Below are positions 37,375-49,227 of a stretch of DNA of 64,000 nt, piece by piece; position 1 is the stretch's first letter; every line of letters starts with the position of its first letter. The notes under the pieces were generated by a model. That model had not been told where the DNA came from and ran no database searches. It saw only the letters and a program-made list of their open reading frames with translations. Position numbers and translations under genes: made by a program. The stretch is from Mustelus asterias (lineage: Eukaryota): NCBI RefSeq assembly GCF_964213995.1, contig NC_135812.1:43586001-43650000 (forward strand), written 5' to 3'.

Positions 37375-39464
37375 AATGGAAGAAGCCAGAGAGTGGTAGT
37401 GGAGGATTGCTTCTCTGAGTGGAGGCCTGTGACTAGTGGTGTGCCACAGGGATCAGTGCTGGGTCCATTGTTGTTTGTCATCTATATCAATGATCTGGAT
37501 GATAATGTGGTAAATTGGATAAGCAAATTTGCTGATGATACAAAGATTGGAGGTGTAGTGGACAGTGAGGAAGGTTTTCAAAGCTTGCAGAGGGATTTGG
37601 ACCAGCTAGAAAAATGGACTGAAAAATAGCAGATGGAGTTTAATGCAGACAAGTGTGAGGTATTGCACATTGGAAGGACAAACCAAGGTAGAACATACAA
37701 GGTAAATGGTAGGACACTGAAGAGTGCAGTAGAACAGAGGGATCTGGGAATACAGATACATAATTTCCTAAAAGAGTCGTCACAGGTAGATAGGGTCGTA
37801 AAGAGTGCTTTTGGTACATTGGCCTTTATAAATCGGAGTATCGAGTATAAGAGTTGGAATGTTATGGTGAGGTTGTATAAGACAGTAGTGAAGCCGAATT
37901 TAGAGTATTGTGTGCAGTTTTGGTCACCTAATTACAGGAAGGATATTAATAAGGTTGAAAGAGTGCAGAGAAGGTTTACAAGGATGTTGCCGGGACTTGA
38001 GAAACTGAGTTACAGAGAAAGGTTGAATAGGTTAGGACTTTATTCCCTGGAGCGTAGAAGAATGAGGGGAGATTTGCTAGAGGTGTATAAAATTATGATG
38101 GGTATAGATAGAGTGAAGGCAAGCAGACTTTTTCCACTGAGGCTAGGGGAGTAAAAAACTAGAGGACATGGGTTAAGGGTGAAAAGTTTAAAGGGAATAT
38201 TAGGAGGGGCTTCTTCACACAGAGAGTGGTGGGAGTGTGGAATGAGCTGCCAGATGAAGTAGTGAATGCTTTTAACATTTAAGAAAACATTTAAGAAAAA
38301 CTTGGACAGGTACATGGATGAGAGGGGTGTGGAGGGATATGGTCCAGGTGCAGGTCAGTGGGACTAGGCTGAAAAATGGTTCGGCACAGCCAAGAAGGGC
38401 CAAAAGGCCTGTTTCTGTGCTGTAATGTTCTATGGTTCTATGGATCTTCTACATCCACTTGAGCAGGCAGCTGGGACCTCCAACAATGCAGCACTCCCTC
38501 AGTACTGGAGTGTTAGGGTTGATTTTTGTGCTCAGGTCCTGGAGTGGGTCTTGAACCTGGAACCTTGTGACTCAAGAGGCATAAGTGCTACCAACTGAGC
38601 CATAGCCAAGACGAGGTGCTGCTCCTCAAGCTGATTTTCAACTAAATTGCAAAAGAGGAGGATACCAAGGTCAGAGTCTTTGATGTTGCCCAAGTTTCTG
38701 CACTAGATAACAAGGCCTGGCCCTAATTAAAAGTGATTAAATTGTAATGTCTTCCAACTTTGATGAAATGTTATTTGCCTTAAAAATTAGTCCTTTATTT
38801 CTCTATCAACAGATGCTGGTTAACCTCTGGTGGGTTCTCAGCATATTGTTTTTACTTTAGGTTTTCCAGAATCCGCAATGTTTTGCTCCTTAGTATTTAA
38901 TCATTTACTTGAGCCCTTAATTATATTGTATTAGCGATTGGAAATTTGAGAGTTTAGTTTGCTGAAATGAATCGATGCTCAGGAATATAACTATTTTACA
39001 CCATGAATTCATCAAGCTTCCCAGGTCAGACACAGCAAAGATCAGAAAGAACAATCAAGCTCTCAAAGGTACATTAAGGCAATGCCCAACCCATTAATTT
39101 GGGCTAGTCCCAAACATTTGCTATAGTTTTTACCAGAGGAATGAGAGATTATTGAAGATAACATACCAATGGTTTTTACAATTAAGAATTTCAAGTTGGT
39201 CATGACTGGGGTACAACGTCATTTGGTACACATCACGAGACAGTTCTGGAGGGTGGAACTTGTGTTTTGTTTCTTCTGCTGGGATAGACCCTTTTCAATC
39301 ACATTCCAGTTCACCACTATAGAATTTTCAATCTAATTAGAAATATATACATTAAATGGGGAAGAATGTTGAATTTTAAAATATTGACTTTGCCCATGAA
39401 ACAACTTGTGTTCATCTCTCTCTTCTCCCATTTATTTAACCACTCTGTTGTAAATGGCATTATG

Positions 39465-39750
39465 GGCAGCATGGTGCTATAGTATTTAGCACTGCTGCCT
39501 CACAGCGCCAGGGACCCGGGTTCAATTCTGGCCTCAGGTGACCGTCTGCGTGGAGTTTGTACATTCTTCCTGTGCCTGCATGGGTTTCGTCCCACAGTCC
39601 CAAGATGTGGTTAGGTGAATTAGCCATGGTTAATATGTGGGGTTATGGGGATAGTGCTGGGTAGAGAGCATGAGTAAGAATTTCTGTCAGAGAGTCGGTG
39701 CAGAATCGATGGGCCAAATGGCCACCTTCTGCACTGTAGGGATTCTATGA
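39465..39750 (+). mobile_element. HE1-like SINE
   Basis: Head, core (with a small deletion) and tail. Confidence 0.85.
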
Positions 39751-40876
39751 TGTCGTACAGACTGAAACTTAGTTAAAACCATTTCCATTGTTATTTATTT
39801 TGCAGTAATTTTAGTCCCATACCTGTCCTAAAACACCAAAAATGAAAACAGATACAATATGTTTATTTAGCTCATCAACTTCTTTATCTCCATAAATAAT
39901 CTGACCTGCTAATTTATTTATAAAAACTGCTGACTTATTTCAACATAGAATTTGTTCAAGAATGTGATAAAAATAGCCTGCAAAATAAAATATATATAAT
40001 TTCATAGAATTCCAATATTAAAACTAGACATAAATTTGATAAAATATCACTTTCATTGTCCCATTCTCAAATAGCCATTTTACAATACTGAAGTAGGCAG
40101 CAAACCAGTTTAAAAATCAAAATTAGTTTAAACTTAAGCTCATTTGGAACAGAATTTCCAAAATGCTAACTTTAATCATCTTGACATAATATCCAAAGTT
40201 ACATTTGAGCACACAGTTAATTTACAATATATTAATACTTACATAAATCAAAATCTAAATATTTGAAAGTATAACAGCTAAACCATCACACTTCCTTGCT
40301 AAGATAAAACCAGAATCAGTGGTTTCTAAAGAGGTAGTTTGATGGATTGGAACAATTTGAGCTTGTGCTCAGTTTATTATTGAATAACAGCCTAGTCCTC
40401 TTACAACGGATCAATACCCAAACCACCACCTATTTTCAGTAAATTTGGATAAACTGATTCTGGATTCTCTGAGCTTACTTTTAATCACTTCCCTCACCAA
40501 TAAAAGCTTTGTTATGGCTCACATGCACAGCGCATTAGCAGATAATTGTGCCATGATATGATTCTGATTCCATAATTACGCCCTAAAAGAAAAGCACCTG
40601 CTTATGGGGGCTGGACTGGAGAGCAACTGTTTCGCCAATGGTGCGGCAGAAAAAGTCAGGAGATGAAGAATCTCACTTTTCTTGTACATCTCTAAGCTAA
40701 CATTTATAAAGTTGCAAAGGCCTGGAGGCGCACACACATACACACCCATTGCATCCTTTTTTAACCAGGCCACTGCACAGGGGTATGGGTTAAATAACTT
40801 AAATAGCGTATTTTTTGCGGCTTTCCCAAAGCTGAGTTTATACTGGAATCACCTGTGCCTGATGCTTGTAGTAATT

Positions 40877-41545
40877 TTACACAGGAATACCCTGAAAGCT
40901 CAGTGATAAATCCAGGAGCTCTTTCCCCAGTGTCTCTTGATTCCCTCCATGGCTGAATTCTTCTGATAGCTCCCTAAAGGTACTGCATATCCGCCTTGAC
41001 TTGATATCTTCCCTATATATGCCATGTTTCCATTTATATCGTGCATCCCCATATAAAGCAATTAAAGATCTTCTTGGCAAATGGATAGCTACCTCTACAT
41101 CTTTGTAAGGGACTGGCCTTTGACCTGTATCACTCGTCCTTTTCACATTACACTTGGCTGTGCAAAGAACTGGAATATCATCTCCATGGAAATTTAAATT
41201 GCTCTCCGAATTACCAGTTACTGGATCTGGTGCCTTGCACACCATTTCATGATGCTGTAGCTGAATGAAATCCTCTGAGTCACAAGACATTGCTAATATG
41301 GTTTCAGACAGCAGATTGATGCTGACCAGACGCTCACCCCACAGCCACCAGTCATCAAAGTGTGGGTCAATGGAAGAGCCTCGTTCTGGTCTATAATCCA
41401 GGTTACATTGCTCCACAGGAAGGAAGTCTTTCAACACAGGATGTTGCATCATTCGGTTTACGAGGCGGTGGCTGAAGCATGGCAGGCCACTGAAGTTTCC
41501 CATTTTCAACTTGTGCTTTTTAAAATTCACTCTTGGGCCATAATC
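40877..41545 (-). CDS. ALKBH4: AlkB homolog 4 (Fe/2OG dioxygenase), exon 3 (last)
   Basis: DYGPRVNFKK...VEQCNLDYRPERGSSIDPHFDDWWLWGERLVSINL...ARYKWKHGI...RRICSTFRELS. HxD...H triad and 2OG-binding Arg; acceptor AG ends at 41546; TAA at 40877-40879. Confidence 0.96.
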   Translation of the reverse strand, partial: DYGPRVNFKKHKLKMGNFSGLPCFSHRLVNRMMQHPVLKDFLPVEQCNLDYRPERGSSIDPHFDDWWLWGERLVSINLLSETILAMSCDSEDFIQLQHHEMVCKAPDPVTGNSESNLNFHGDDIPVLCTAKCNVKRTSDTGQRPVPYKDVEVAIHLPRRSLIALYGDARYKWKHGIYREDIKSRRICSTFRELSEEFSHGGNQETLGKELLDLSLSFQGIPV

Positions 41546-42979
41546 CTGTATGTTGACAAAAAAACAAATGATTAATACTGGATAAAAATCCAAGAAATAT
41601 AACTACAGTGTTGTTGTAGAGAACAGGGACATTGCTGTCGAAGCATTTTGTCTTTCACTCAACGAGATAGATTGCAAGAAATTACCAAACAGTAACAGGG
41701 GAACAACAAGTTACACTGCATGAGAAGAGTGCTAATTGGTTGACAGGTGGACTCTGATTCATAAAGATGTTGCCATTCATGGAGAATGCAGCTTGGAATA
41801 ATTAACTGTCCAGTTTTGCTCAAATTCAAATATGCATTATAAAAAAGCCAATTTGTGGCAGGTGTAACATCACAGGACCAAACAATACAAAGCAGCTTTA
41901 ACTGATGTTTTGAGAAAAAAATGCTGTTACTCCCTCCCCATCCCCCCCACCCAAAGTGGCGTGCACAAAATGTTTTGAATTAAGTAACCTTTATGGAGAG
42001 ATTGCTGCAGTTTTGGAAATGCCACCTTTTGGATGAGATATTAAACAGAAATCCCCATTTGCTCTCTTAGGAAAATGTAAAAGAACCAATGGAACTGTTC
42101 AAACATAGCAGGAGAGTTCTCCCAGTGAGTTAACATTTAGCCTTCTACCAATATGACTACAAAGGAGATCATCTATTCACTGATTATTAAAAGTTTATTT
42201 ATTAGTCACAAGTAGGCTTATATTCACACTGTAATGAAGTTACTGTGATTCTTTGTGTAATCTTACTGTACACATATTGGTTCCCTTGTTTCCCTGCGTT
42301 GCAGTAGTGACTGTACTTCAAAAAGGTACTGATGGATGTGAAAGTTACTGGATAAATACAACATCTTTCCTTTCATTTCTTGACGCCACCAGGCTATGAC
42401 AAACATGCCAACTTGCTCAACTAACTGCAAATTCCAATGTGCTATTAACACGTTTAAACTGTGTTCAAAAGAAAGGAAATTTGATTAACGATTGTACATC
42501 ATGTTGATGTTTGCTTGTGGTTGCCAGTCTCAGTAACTCCTTCAACGCAATGAATTGTTTAAACAAAAAGGAAAGTGAAAGCTCAATGGAGTGTTTCCAA
42601 ATAGCTGACATGGTGTTCAACATCATGTCCCAAGAGATTGAGGATATTACTACATTGAGGATGATAGAAGACGGAAAAGCAAACTTCAAAGCTAGGAAAC
42701 CTGGAATGATCAGTTGAAGTATGAGTGTATGTTTTTTTAAAATAATAGTGACAGGTTGCTTTTGAATCCTAAACTAGATTTGTATTAAATAATACTTGGA
42801 AAGCATCAGCACGTAGCCAAACATGTATCTGTAAGAACTACATCTAGTCACTCAAAATATCAGAAAACCTAATACTCTGTCAATCACCAAGGAAAAAAAA
42901 CCAATAGCTGGCTGTACAAATAGTGTTCTAACAGTGACCCATACATAACATGGTTTTCTCCGCGACAGGGACCCCTAAC

Positions 42980-43177
42980 CTGTTTCTTGCGTCCAGACTG
43001 CGAGGGCTTCCACTCGTCGCTATCCATTAGGTTCACCAGTTCTGTTTCCTCCTCTTCATTCACAAAATTGTCTGATAAAAATACTCCAGGAAATGGGAAA
43101 GTCCAGCCACTTAAACTAGAGGAGTCATTCGCTACTGCCAAGCCCGATGTGGGATGATAAATGAAGTGATACTTTCT
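42980..43177 (-). CDS. ALKBH4: ALKBH4 exon 2
   Basis: RKYHFIYHPTSGLAV...GWTFPFPGVFL..FVNEEEETELVNLMD..WKPSQSGRKKQ; 198 nt, phase 0/0, AG/GT borders. Confidence 0.93.
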
Positions 43178-43811
43178 CTGTGGAAAGAGCATTTGTGACA
43201 ACGTTGTTTCACCTCCTTCAGGAACACTGATAAAATGAAAATTTAGTCCAAGGGAGTTAATTCATATAGATGCAAGAAAACATCAGCGATAATCAGACTG
43301 TGACTTGTTAGTATAAAAGAAATTACAAAAATTCAGAAAATTAAGACTGAGGGGCAAGATCTGACGTACCGCTACAATGTTCCAAATATTGTATCAGCTG
43401 CTTTGATTCCTAGAAGGGATAGCAAGAATCAATTGCCTGGGGTGGGGTGATTTGTTGGTAAAATACCAAGAAGGAGGGAGCTATTAAAATAAATTGTAAT
43501 AATATTCTGTGGAATATCTAAGTCAGTTGAAGGAGAGCCACTTCTCATTGCTTAATAGAACCGATAACATTATCTAATGGTCTGAGTACAGTACTGCCCA
43601 CACAATGAAGTAAGAGAACACATGACCTGCACCTAAGACTCAGTCTAGTTTTGGACAGAGAAGTGTGTACAAGCAAACAAGAAGACAGTTCCGAACTTGA
43701 ACCCATAGCTCCTATAGTTAATAAATACATACAGTTAAACTACTTAAGACTATGATAACTTCATTTAGACCTACTGAACGATAACTAACAGCCTACAACA
43801 ATCACCACTTC

Positions 43812-44017
43812 ATAGAATCCCTACAGTGCAGAAGCAGACCATTTGAGTCTGCACTAACTCTCCAACAGAGAATCCCACCCAGACCCTAATCCTGTAACCG
43901 CACATATTTACCCCACTAATTCCCCTAACGTGGGACACTAAGGGGAAGCTCAACCTAACCTGCACATCTTTGGACTGTGGGAGGAAACCAGAGTACCCTG
44001 AGGAAACCCACGCAGAC
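43812..44017 (-). mobile_element. HE1-like SINE (partial)
   Basis: Reverse-complement tail and core. Confidence 0.8.
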
Positions 44018-44857
44018 CAACAATCTACAATATGTTTTAAAGTGAAGTGAACACTTATTACATCAGAATAAATGCTTTGACTTTAGGTGGTATGAGGGCA
44101 CAGTCACCACCTGATCCATATGAGCTAGAATTTTCATCAGTTCATTATTGCAAGACTGAAGCCATTCCAACTGGTTCCCAACAGAAATTTCCACCTCAGA
44201 CATCATCTGCTTGCTCACATGAAACCAAAGCTTGGCCACCTGAATTACACTTTAAACATCACAGTTAGTATATTGCCAAGACTGCTTGTGTCCACTTCTG
44301 TTCAAAATTACAAGGGGTCTGGGCAGAGTAGAACTTCCCATTGGTGGAAAGGTCAAGCTTTATGGTGATTGGCAAAAGAAGCAAATGTCTTTCATTATGC
44401 AGTGAGTAGTTACAATCTGGAATCCACTGTCTAGTAAAGGCAGATTCAATCATGGCTTTTAAAAGGGAATTGGATAAGCATTTGAAGGGGAAAAAATACA
44501 AGGACAAAGAATAGATTGATCAAATTGTTCTTGCAGAGAGCCAGCGTACATTTGATAGGTCAAATGTCTTCCCTCTATGCTGTAACCATTCTATGATTCG
44601 ATTCCACAGCACCACCAGGCAGTGCATTGCAGATTGTAACTACATGCTGCATAAAAAAATCCTTGTGTCACTGTTGCTTCTTTTGCCAATCACCAGTTCA
44701 CCACTAACATCAATCCATATCCAATTCTGCACAGTGTGCACATATATCTAAACCAGCCTCCATTATTTCCTCTATTTCTCGAAGTAATCAGTCTCAAGAT
44801 CCTTGTAGTCATTGTCAAATCCCTCCATGGCCCCATTCAATCTTGTCCTCTTCTAGG

Positions 44858-45087
44858 ATGGCACAGTAGTTAGAACTGCTACCTCACAGCAGCAGTCCAA
44901 AGATGTGCAGGTTAGGTGGATTGCCCATGCTAATTTACCCATTAGTGCCCAAAAGATGTGTAGGTTAGGGGATTAGGGGGGTAAATACATGAGGTTATGG
45001 AGATAGGGCCTGGGTGGGATGCTCTGTTAGAGAGTTGGTGCAGACTCAATGAGCTGAATGGCCTCCTTCTGCACTGTCAGGATTCTA
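44858..45087 (+). mobile_element. HE1-like SINE with internal deletion
   Basis: Head fused directly to CAGTCCAAAGATGTG; tail intact. Confidence 0.8.
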
Positions 45088-45637
45088 TATTTTTTGTCCC
45101 AGCACATCCTCCCATATCATCAAAAAATCCTGCAAATCATACTATTACTGTTTAATCATAGTCATTAACTTCTCTCCTACTTGATACCCACCACACCTTG
45201 GAAGCTTTTTCTGTATGGAAAGTCGTTAAGGCAACTTGGACCCATAACTTTCTAAGTACAGTAGGATTTGGTACAGTGGCAGAGACAGAAAATAAGAGGC
45301 AGAGTCAAATATAACTGGGTGTAACATCCTGTACCAGTCTAAGTAAAAGGGTGCATCATGCCCTCATCACTTTTCAGCTGCTGACTGACCTGCTATGTAT
45401 TTCCATCATTGTCTGACTTGGTTTGAGGTTTTAAACATTGAAGGGGTTAAATTACAATTATCATATAATTATATTAACACGAAAGTAAAATACTACTAGG
45501 AATCTAAAATAAAAACAATGGTGGAGATACTCAGCAGGTTCAGGCAGCATCTGTGGGTTGATATTTGTTGTTGCTCTGTCCACTCTATGAATCAGTTTTC
45601 ACTGCCAGTGAATCCAGTATTTGGTTTATTCCCTTAC

Positions 45638-45742
45638 CCGCTGGAACTGGGCGAGTGGTTCAAGCCCGTTCCGCTCACATTGCAAACATGAACGGATCCC
45701 TTTACAGCCGCAGCTTGGCTGTCCGGTGCCTTCCGCTGCCAT
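45638..45742 (-). CDS. ALKBH4: ALKBH4 exon 1 (not in the ORF track)
   Basis: ACCATGG Kozak context; MAAEGTGQPSCGCKGIRSCLQCERNGLEPLAQFQR contains the conserved CGCKGIRxCxxCE motif; donor GTAAGG at 45637. Confidence 0.93.
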
Positions 45743-45749
45743 GGTCATT

Positions 45750-46440
45750 TACTTCTCCTCAGACGCAAAGCCACCACCCCTGACTGATGAGCAAGGCCGC
45801 CATGGCACCAGGCCCGCACTGGGCGCCGGAGCCGCCAGTGAGGGGAGAGTGCACAGGCGCGGGTGCCGGGGCCGTCACAGAGCAGAGAATGGGCAGACGC
45901 AAGTGCCAACCGTCTTCGGAGCGCGCAGGCGTGACCGCCGGCGGCCGTCACAGAGCAGAATGCGCAGGCGCACGTGCCAACCGTCTTCGGAGCGCGCAGG
46001 CGCGACCGCCGGCGGCCGTCACAGAGCAGAATGCGCAGGCGCAAGTGCCAACCGGCCTCTCAGAGTCGAGCGCGAGTGCCAACCTTCCTCAAATCAAAGA
46101 GTGCACAGGCGCGAATGCCGGCAGCCGTCACAGAGCGGACAAAGCACGGGCCCGGACGCTAAACTCCGGCACGGTGGAGAGTGCGCAGGCGTGGGTGCCA
46201 AGCGGGAAACTTTTCATTGAACTCAGCAGCAAGTTAGTGAAAGTGGTTTCAGTCACCGGCCAAGATCAGTAATATAGTGTGGCTAACTCATCCTGGCCGG
46301 GCCTAGCGCGCTGACAGTGTCTCGGGCCGGATTTACATCAGGCTGGGGCCAGCGTGGGCTGTTTAAAGATTGAAGCGTGCCGGGCCGGGCCCTGCTCCAG
46401 CACCAACACCGCCTCAGGCGAGGAGACTCTGCTCAGTACA
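45750..46440. promoter_or_regulatory. Bidirectional CpG-island promoter of ALKBH4 and LRWD1
   Basis: GC/CpG-rich region between divergent ATGs at 45742 and 46564. Confidence 0.85.
45845..46200. repeat. Imperfect tandem repeat (about 71-73 bp unit) rich in NRF1-like GCGCAGGCGC motifs
   Basis: GCCGTCACAGAGC recurs at 45871, 45944, 46015 and 46124. Confidence 0.88.
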
Positions 46441-46563
46441 CTGGCCCTGCCATCAGCACTTTGGTCCATTTGCATTCTGCTGCACAGACTTCGATGAGTG
46501 AAGGAACTGAATCAGAGTTGCAACTTTGCTGATTGTTTTCAAAGGATATAAACCAATTCAAGA

Positions 46564-46643
46564 ATGGCCAAGATCACAAAAGAACTGCTGCTTGAAAAAG
46601 GAGTCCCAAAACACTCCAAATTGGAGCAGGTCAAGAAAATCAA
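46564..46643 (+). CDS. LRWD1: Leucine-rich repeat and WD repeat-containing protein 1 (ORCA), coding exon 1
   Basis: MAKITKELLLEKGVPKHSKLEQVKKI(N); 80 nt; donor GTAAG at 46644; phase 2 matches the next exon. Confidence 0.85.
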
Positions 46644-47052
46644 GTAAGAACAATCGATACAATTTTCAAACAAAACATGGGGCATGTAAAATCTGCCATC
46701 AATTCTGGAAGTAGTTTGCATGACATATATATATGCACCAGTAAATAACCAGGGGACACACTCTCAGAATAAGGGGCAGGCAATTTAGGACTGAGATGAG
46801 GAGACATTTCTTCACTTGGCATGTTGAGAATCTTTGGAATTCCTGCTCCAACGGGATGTGGAGAGTCAGTCATTGAGATTGATAGATAATACATTTTAAA
46901 AACATCAAGGAACACCGAGATAGTGTAGGAAAATGATGTTGACTTAGATTAGCCATGATCTCACTGAATGGCAGAGTGGGTAGAAAGGGTTCACTGGTGA
47001 CTCCTGCTCCTATTGCTTATGTTCTTATAAAGACCTGAACAGCATCTTAAAG

Positions 47053-47910
47053 ATAAAAGCAAAATACTGCAGATGCTGGAATCTGAAACAAAAACAGAAA
47101 ATGCTGGAAAATCTCAGCAGGTCTGATAGCATCTGTGGGGAGAGAATTGTTGTGGGAAATTACCACTGGAGTCAGACTGGAGGTTCAATAATACAGTTTT
47201 ATTTCGGACACAGCTTCGGGGAGAAAGCACTGGTACTTGGCAGCTACTTTCTCAATCATACAATAGCAGTTGATCATTTTTATACCTTTTAGACAATGGA
47301 TAGTCCGGGCATTAGCCGTTTAATACATCGTTATAGTTGAGTAGACAGATCATGGTGATCGATAGTTAACACATCATTACAATCAGACAGGTACAGACAT
47401 GGGCAGTTAACATAGCATTGTTCATAGAATGGATACATTTCCTCTATCAATGGCTGGTTTCGATCTTTACATACAGTGATTGGTTTTGCTGCATTTATGT
47501 ATTTCTGTTCCCATCTATGGCTGATCTTATTATCAGACCTTATTGTCCTGGGTCTGTCCTTATCTTTAAAGTGCCTCAAGCCCTGACTAGCTTCCTGCAG
47601 TATTTTGGTTATTGCATGTTTTACTTTAAGTAGCTGTCTGTGCTGCATGTTTTAACTTTAAGTAGCTGTCTATGCTAAAAGCCAGTGCTTGCTTAATGTT
47701 TCTTCCCAGGTAACCATTTGTGTGTCAGGCAACCATTTTGTGTGTCAGGTACCCATTTTATAATTTTCTCCACTTCAGAATAGAGCCAATGTTTTTGAGT
47801 CTGAATGACCCTTTTGTCAGAGCAGTCATCTAGACTCGAAATGTTGGCTCTATTCTCTCCCCACAGATGCTGTCAGACCTGCTGAGATTTTCCAGCATTT
47901 TCTGTTTTTG
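47053..47910. mobile_element. PLE fold-back element (family B) interrupted by a solo LTR
   Basis: Inverted arms CAAAAACAGAAAATGCTGGAAAATCTCAGCAGGTCTG... and ...CAGACCTGCTGAGATTTTCCAGCATTTTCTGTTTTTG; 13-bp duplication CAGCATCTTAAAG at 47040-47052 and 47911-47923. Confidence 0.85.
47148..47777 (-). mobile_element. Solo LTR (630 bp)
   Basis: TG...CA termini with imperfect terminal inverted repeats; 4-bp TSD GAAT; minus-strand TATAAAA (about 47278-47284) upstream of AATAAA (about 47198-47203); short internal tandem duplications. Confidence 0.8.
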
Positions 47911-48363
47911 CAGCATCTTAAAGGTGGTTATTCTAAACTTATTTCAGTAAGTTAAAGTTCTCGGGGTACATTATGGTGGAGTGTGTGATAGCGAGTTGAT
48001 TTTCAACATCAGAAAAATTACCAGTAGTTTTGTAAATCATTTAGGTCCCAGCAATTTTTAAAGTTTATCTACAAAGCATGCTAGATTGTTCTATGAACGT
48101 GATGTAAAAATGAGCATAAACCTAATCTTTGAAGAACAATCTACTTTGAGGAATAAATTGCCTCATTGCATGTATTTAATTCTTTAGTGAGTAGTAAGAT
48201 GTGCAACCTTTTTGTACTAGGGGCAGTGGGGCATCTTTAAGCATAATGACAGGCCAAGTAGGAACTGCTTGTGTAAAACTTGAGAACATTCCAGTGACAC
48301 TGGAATTGGTGTTCATATTTCTTTCTGATTTAATCAGTCTGTTCTTTTACTGTTTCTATTCAG

Positions 48364-48598
48364 CCTTTCCAAATTGCATTTGAAAACAAGCGATTTGGAT
48401 CCAAAGTTATTTTCCCAGCTACGGAAGTTGGAAGAACTGGATTTGTCCGGAAATCTGTTGACAGAAATTCCAGACAATCTGGGACTTGTCAACCTGAGGC
48501 TTCTCAACTGTGCTGATAATGATATGGAGCAGATTACATCACTGAACCAGTTTAAGAATCTCGAAGATCTGATTTGTGAAGATAACATGTACTTGACA
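48364..48598 (+). CDS. LRWD1: LRWD1 exon 2 (LRRs)
   Basis: LSKLHLKTSDLDPKLFSQLRKLEELDLSGNLLTEIPDNLGLVNLRLLNCADN...; 235 nt, AG/GT borders. Confidence 0.95.
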
Positions 48599-49227
48599 GT
48601 AAGTGATTGAAGACATTGTTGAATTGAACAATACTGTTGTGACCATCTTTCGCCATCATTAAAGCTGTCTGGATTTAATTAGAATAACATTCTGTTTTCA
48701 CATCCACATAACACAGTCCTGAAAAAATATATAGTTTTCTACTCCTCTACAGGTGTTCTTGCCTTCCTCCCTCACTTCGTGACACATAACATTGCCTAAC
48801 TACCCAGATTGGCAAACAAATTCTACAACATCTGGCTAGCTCTTGAGTCTGTCTTTAGGATGTGAAATAATCCCTGAAGGCATAGTCAAGATAAGGCACT
48901 TGCTGTTCAGTGTTCAACATCTTTAACTTGTGTTCGTGGCAATAGGTGAGCATCTGAAGTCAGAATTTCCTGTGGTCTGAAGCTTGCAATCTTTTTGTAT
49001 GTTGTGTTGTGTGGAGTAATGTGTTCAGTATTAATAATTGGCTGCTAATTGCAGTATGTAGTTGTACACTTGAGATCTAGTTTTTACCTCTCTTATCCTT
49101 TACAAAATGTGACAATTAGCAAACTTTTAGACCAAAATCTTCAGGCTAAAGTTAATAGATCAACTTACTAGTTAAATAATATGTGGAAACAGCAAAGTAC
49201 TGGAATACTTAAAAATGCAGAACATTC

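Larger units (their letters stand above)
35232..38370 (+). pseudogene. CR1 ORF2: APE endonuclease and reverse transcriptase, disrupted
   Basis: ISETW, YYRPP, GDFN and SDHN (APE); NYRPVSLTS, DFSKAFD, PQGSVLGP and FADD (RT). Multiple frameshifts and stops plus a PLE insertion. Confidence 0.92.
33908..38443 (+). mobile_element. Full-length but inactivated CR1 LINE
   Basis: 5' UTR, ORF1, ORF2 (APE and RT), and a (TTCTATGG)n tail. It interrupts a Deu-type SINE whose halves rejoin at GAT. Confidence 0.93.

Noticed and set aside
45845-46200. CRISPR-like array
   Set aside because: Vertebrate DNA; the intervening sequences are themselves homologous rather than unique spacers, and there are no cas genes.
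45621-46272. Repetitive Arg/Ala-rich ORFs (199, 161 and 99 aa)
   Set aside because: They are a by-product of a GC-rich promoter tandem repeat lacking stop codons and overlap ALKBH4 exon 1 antisense.
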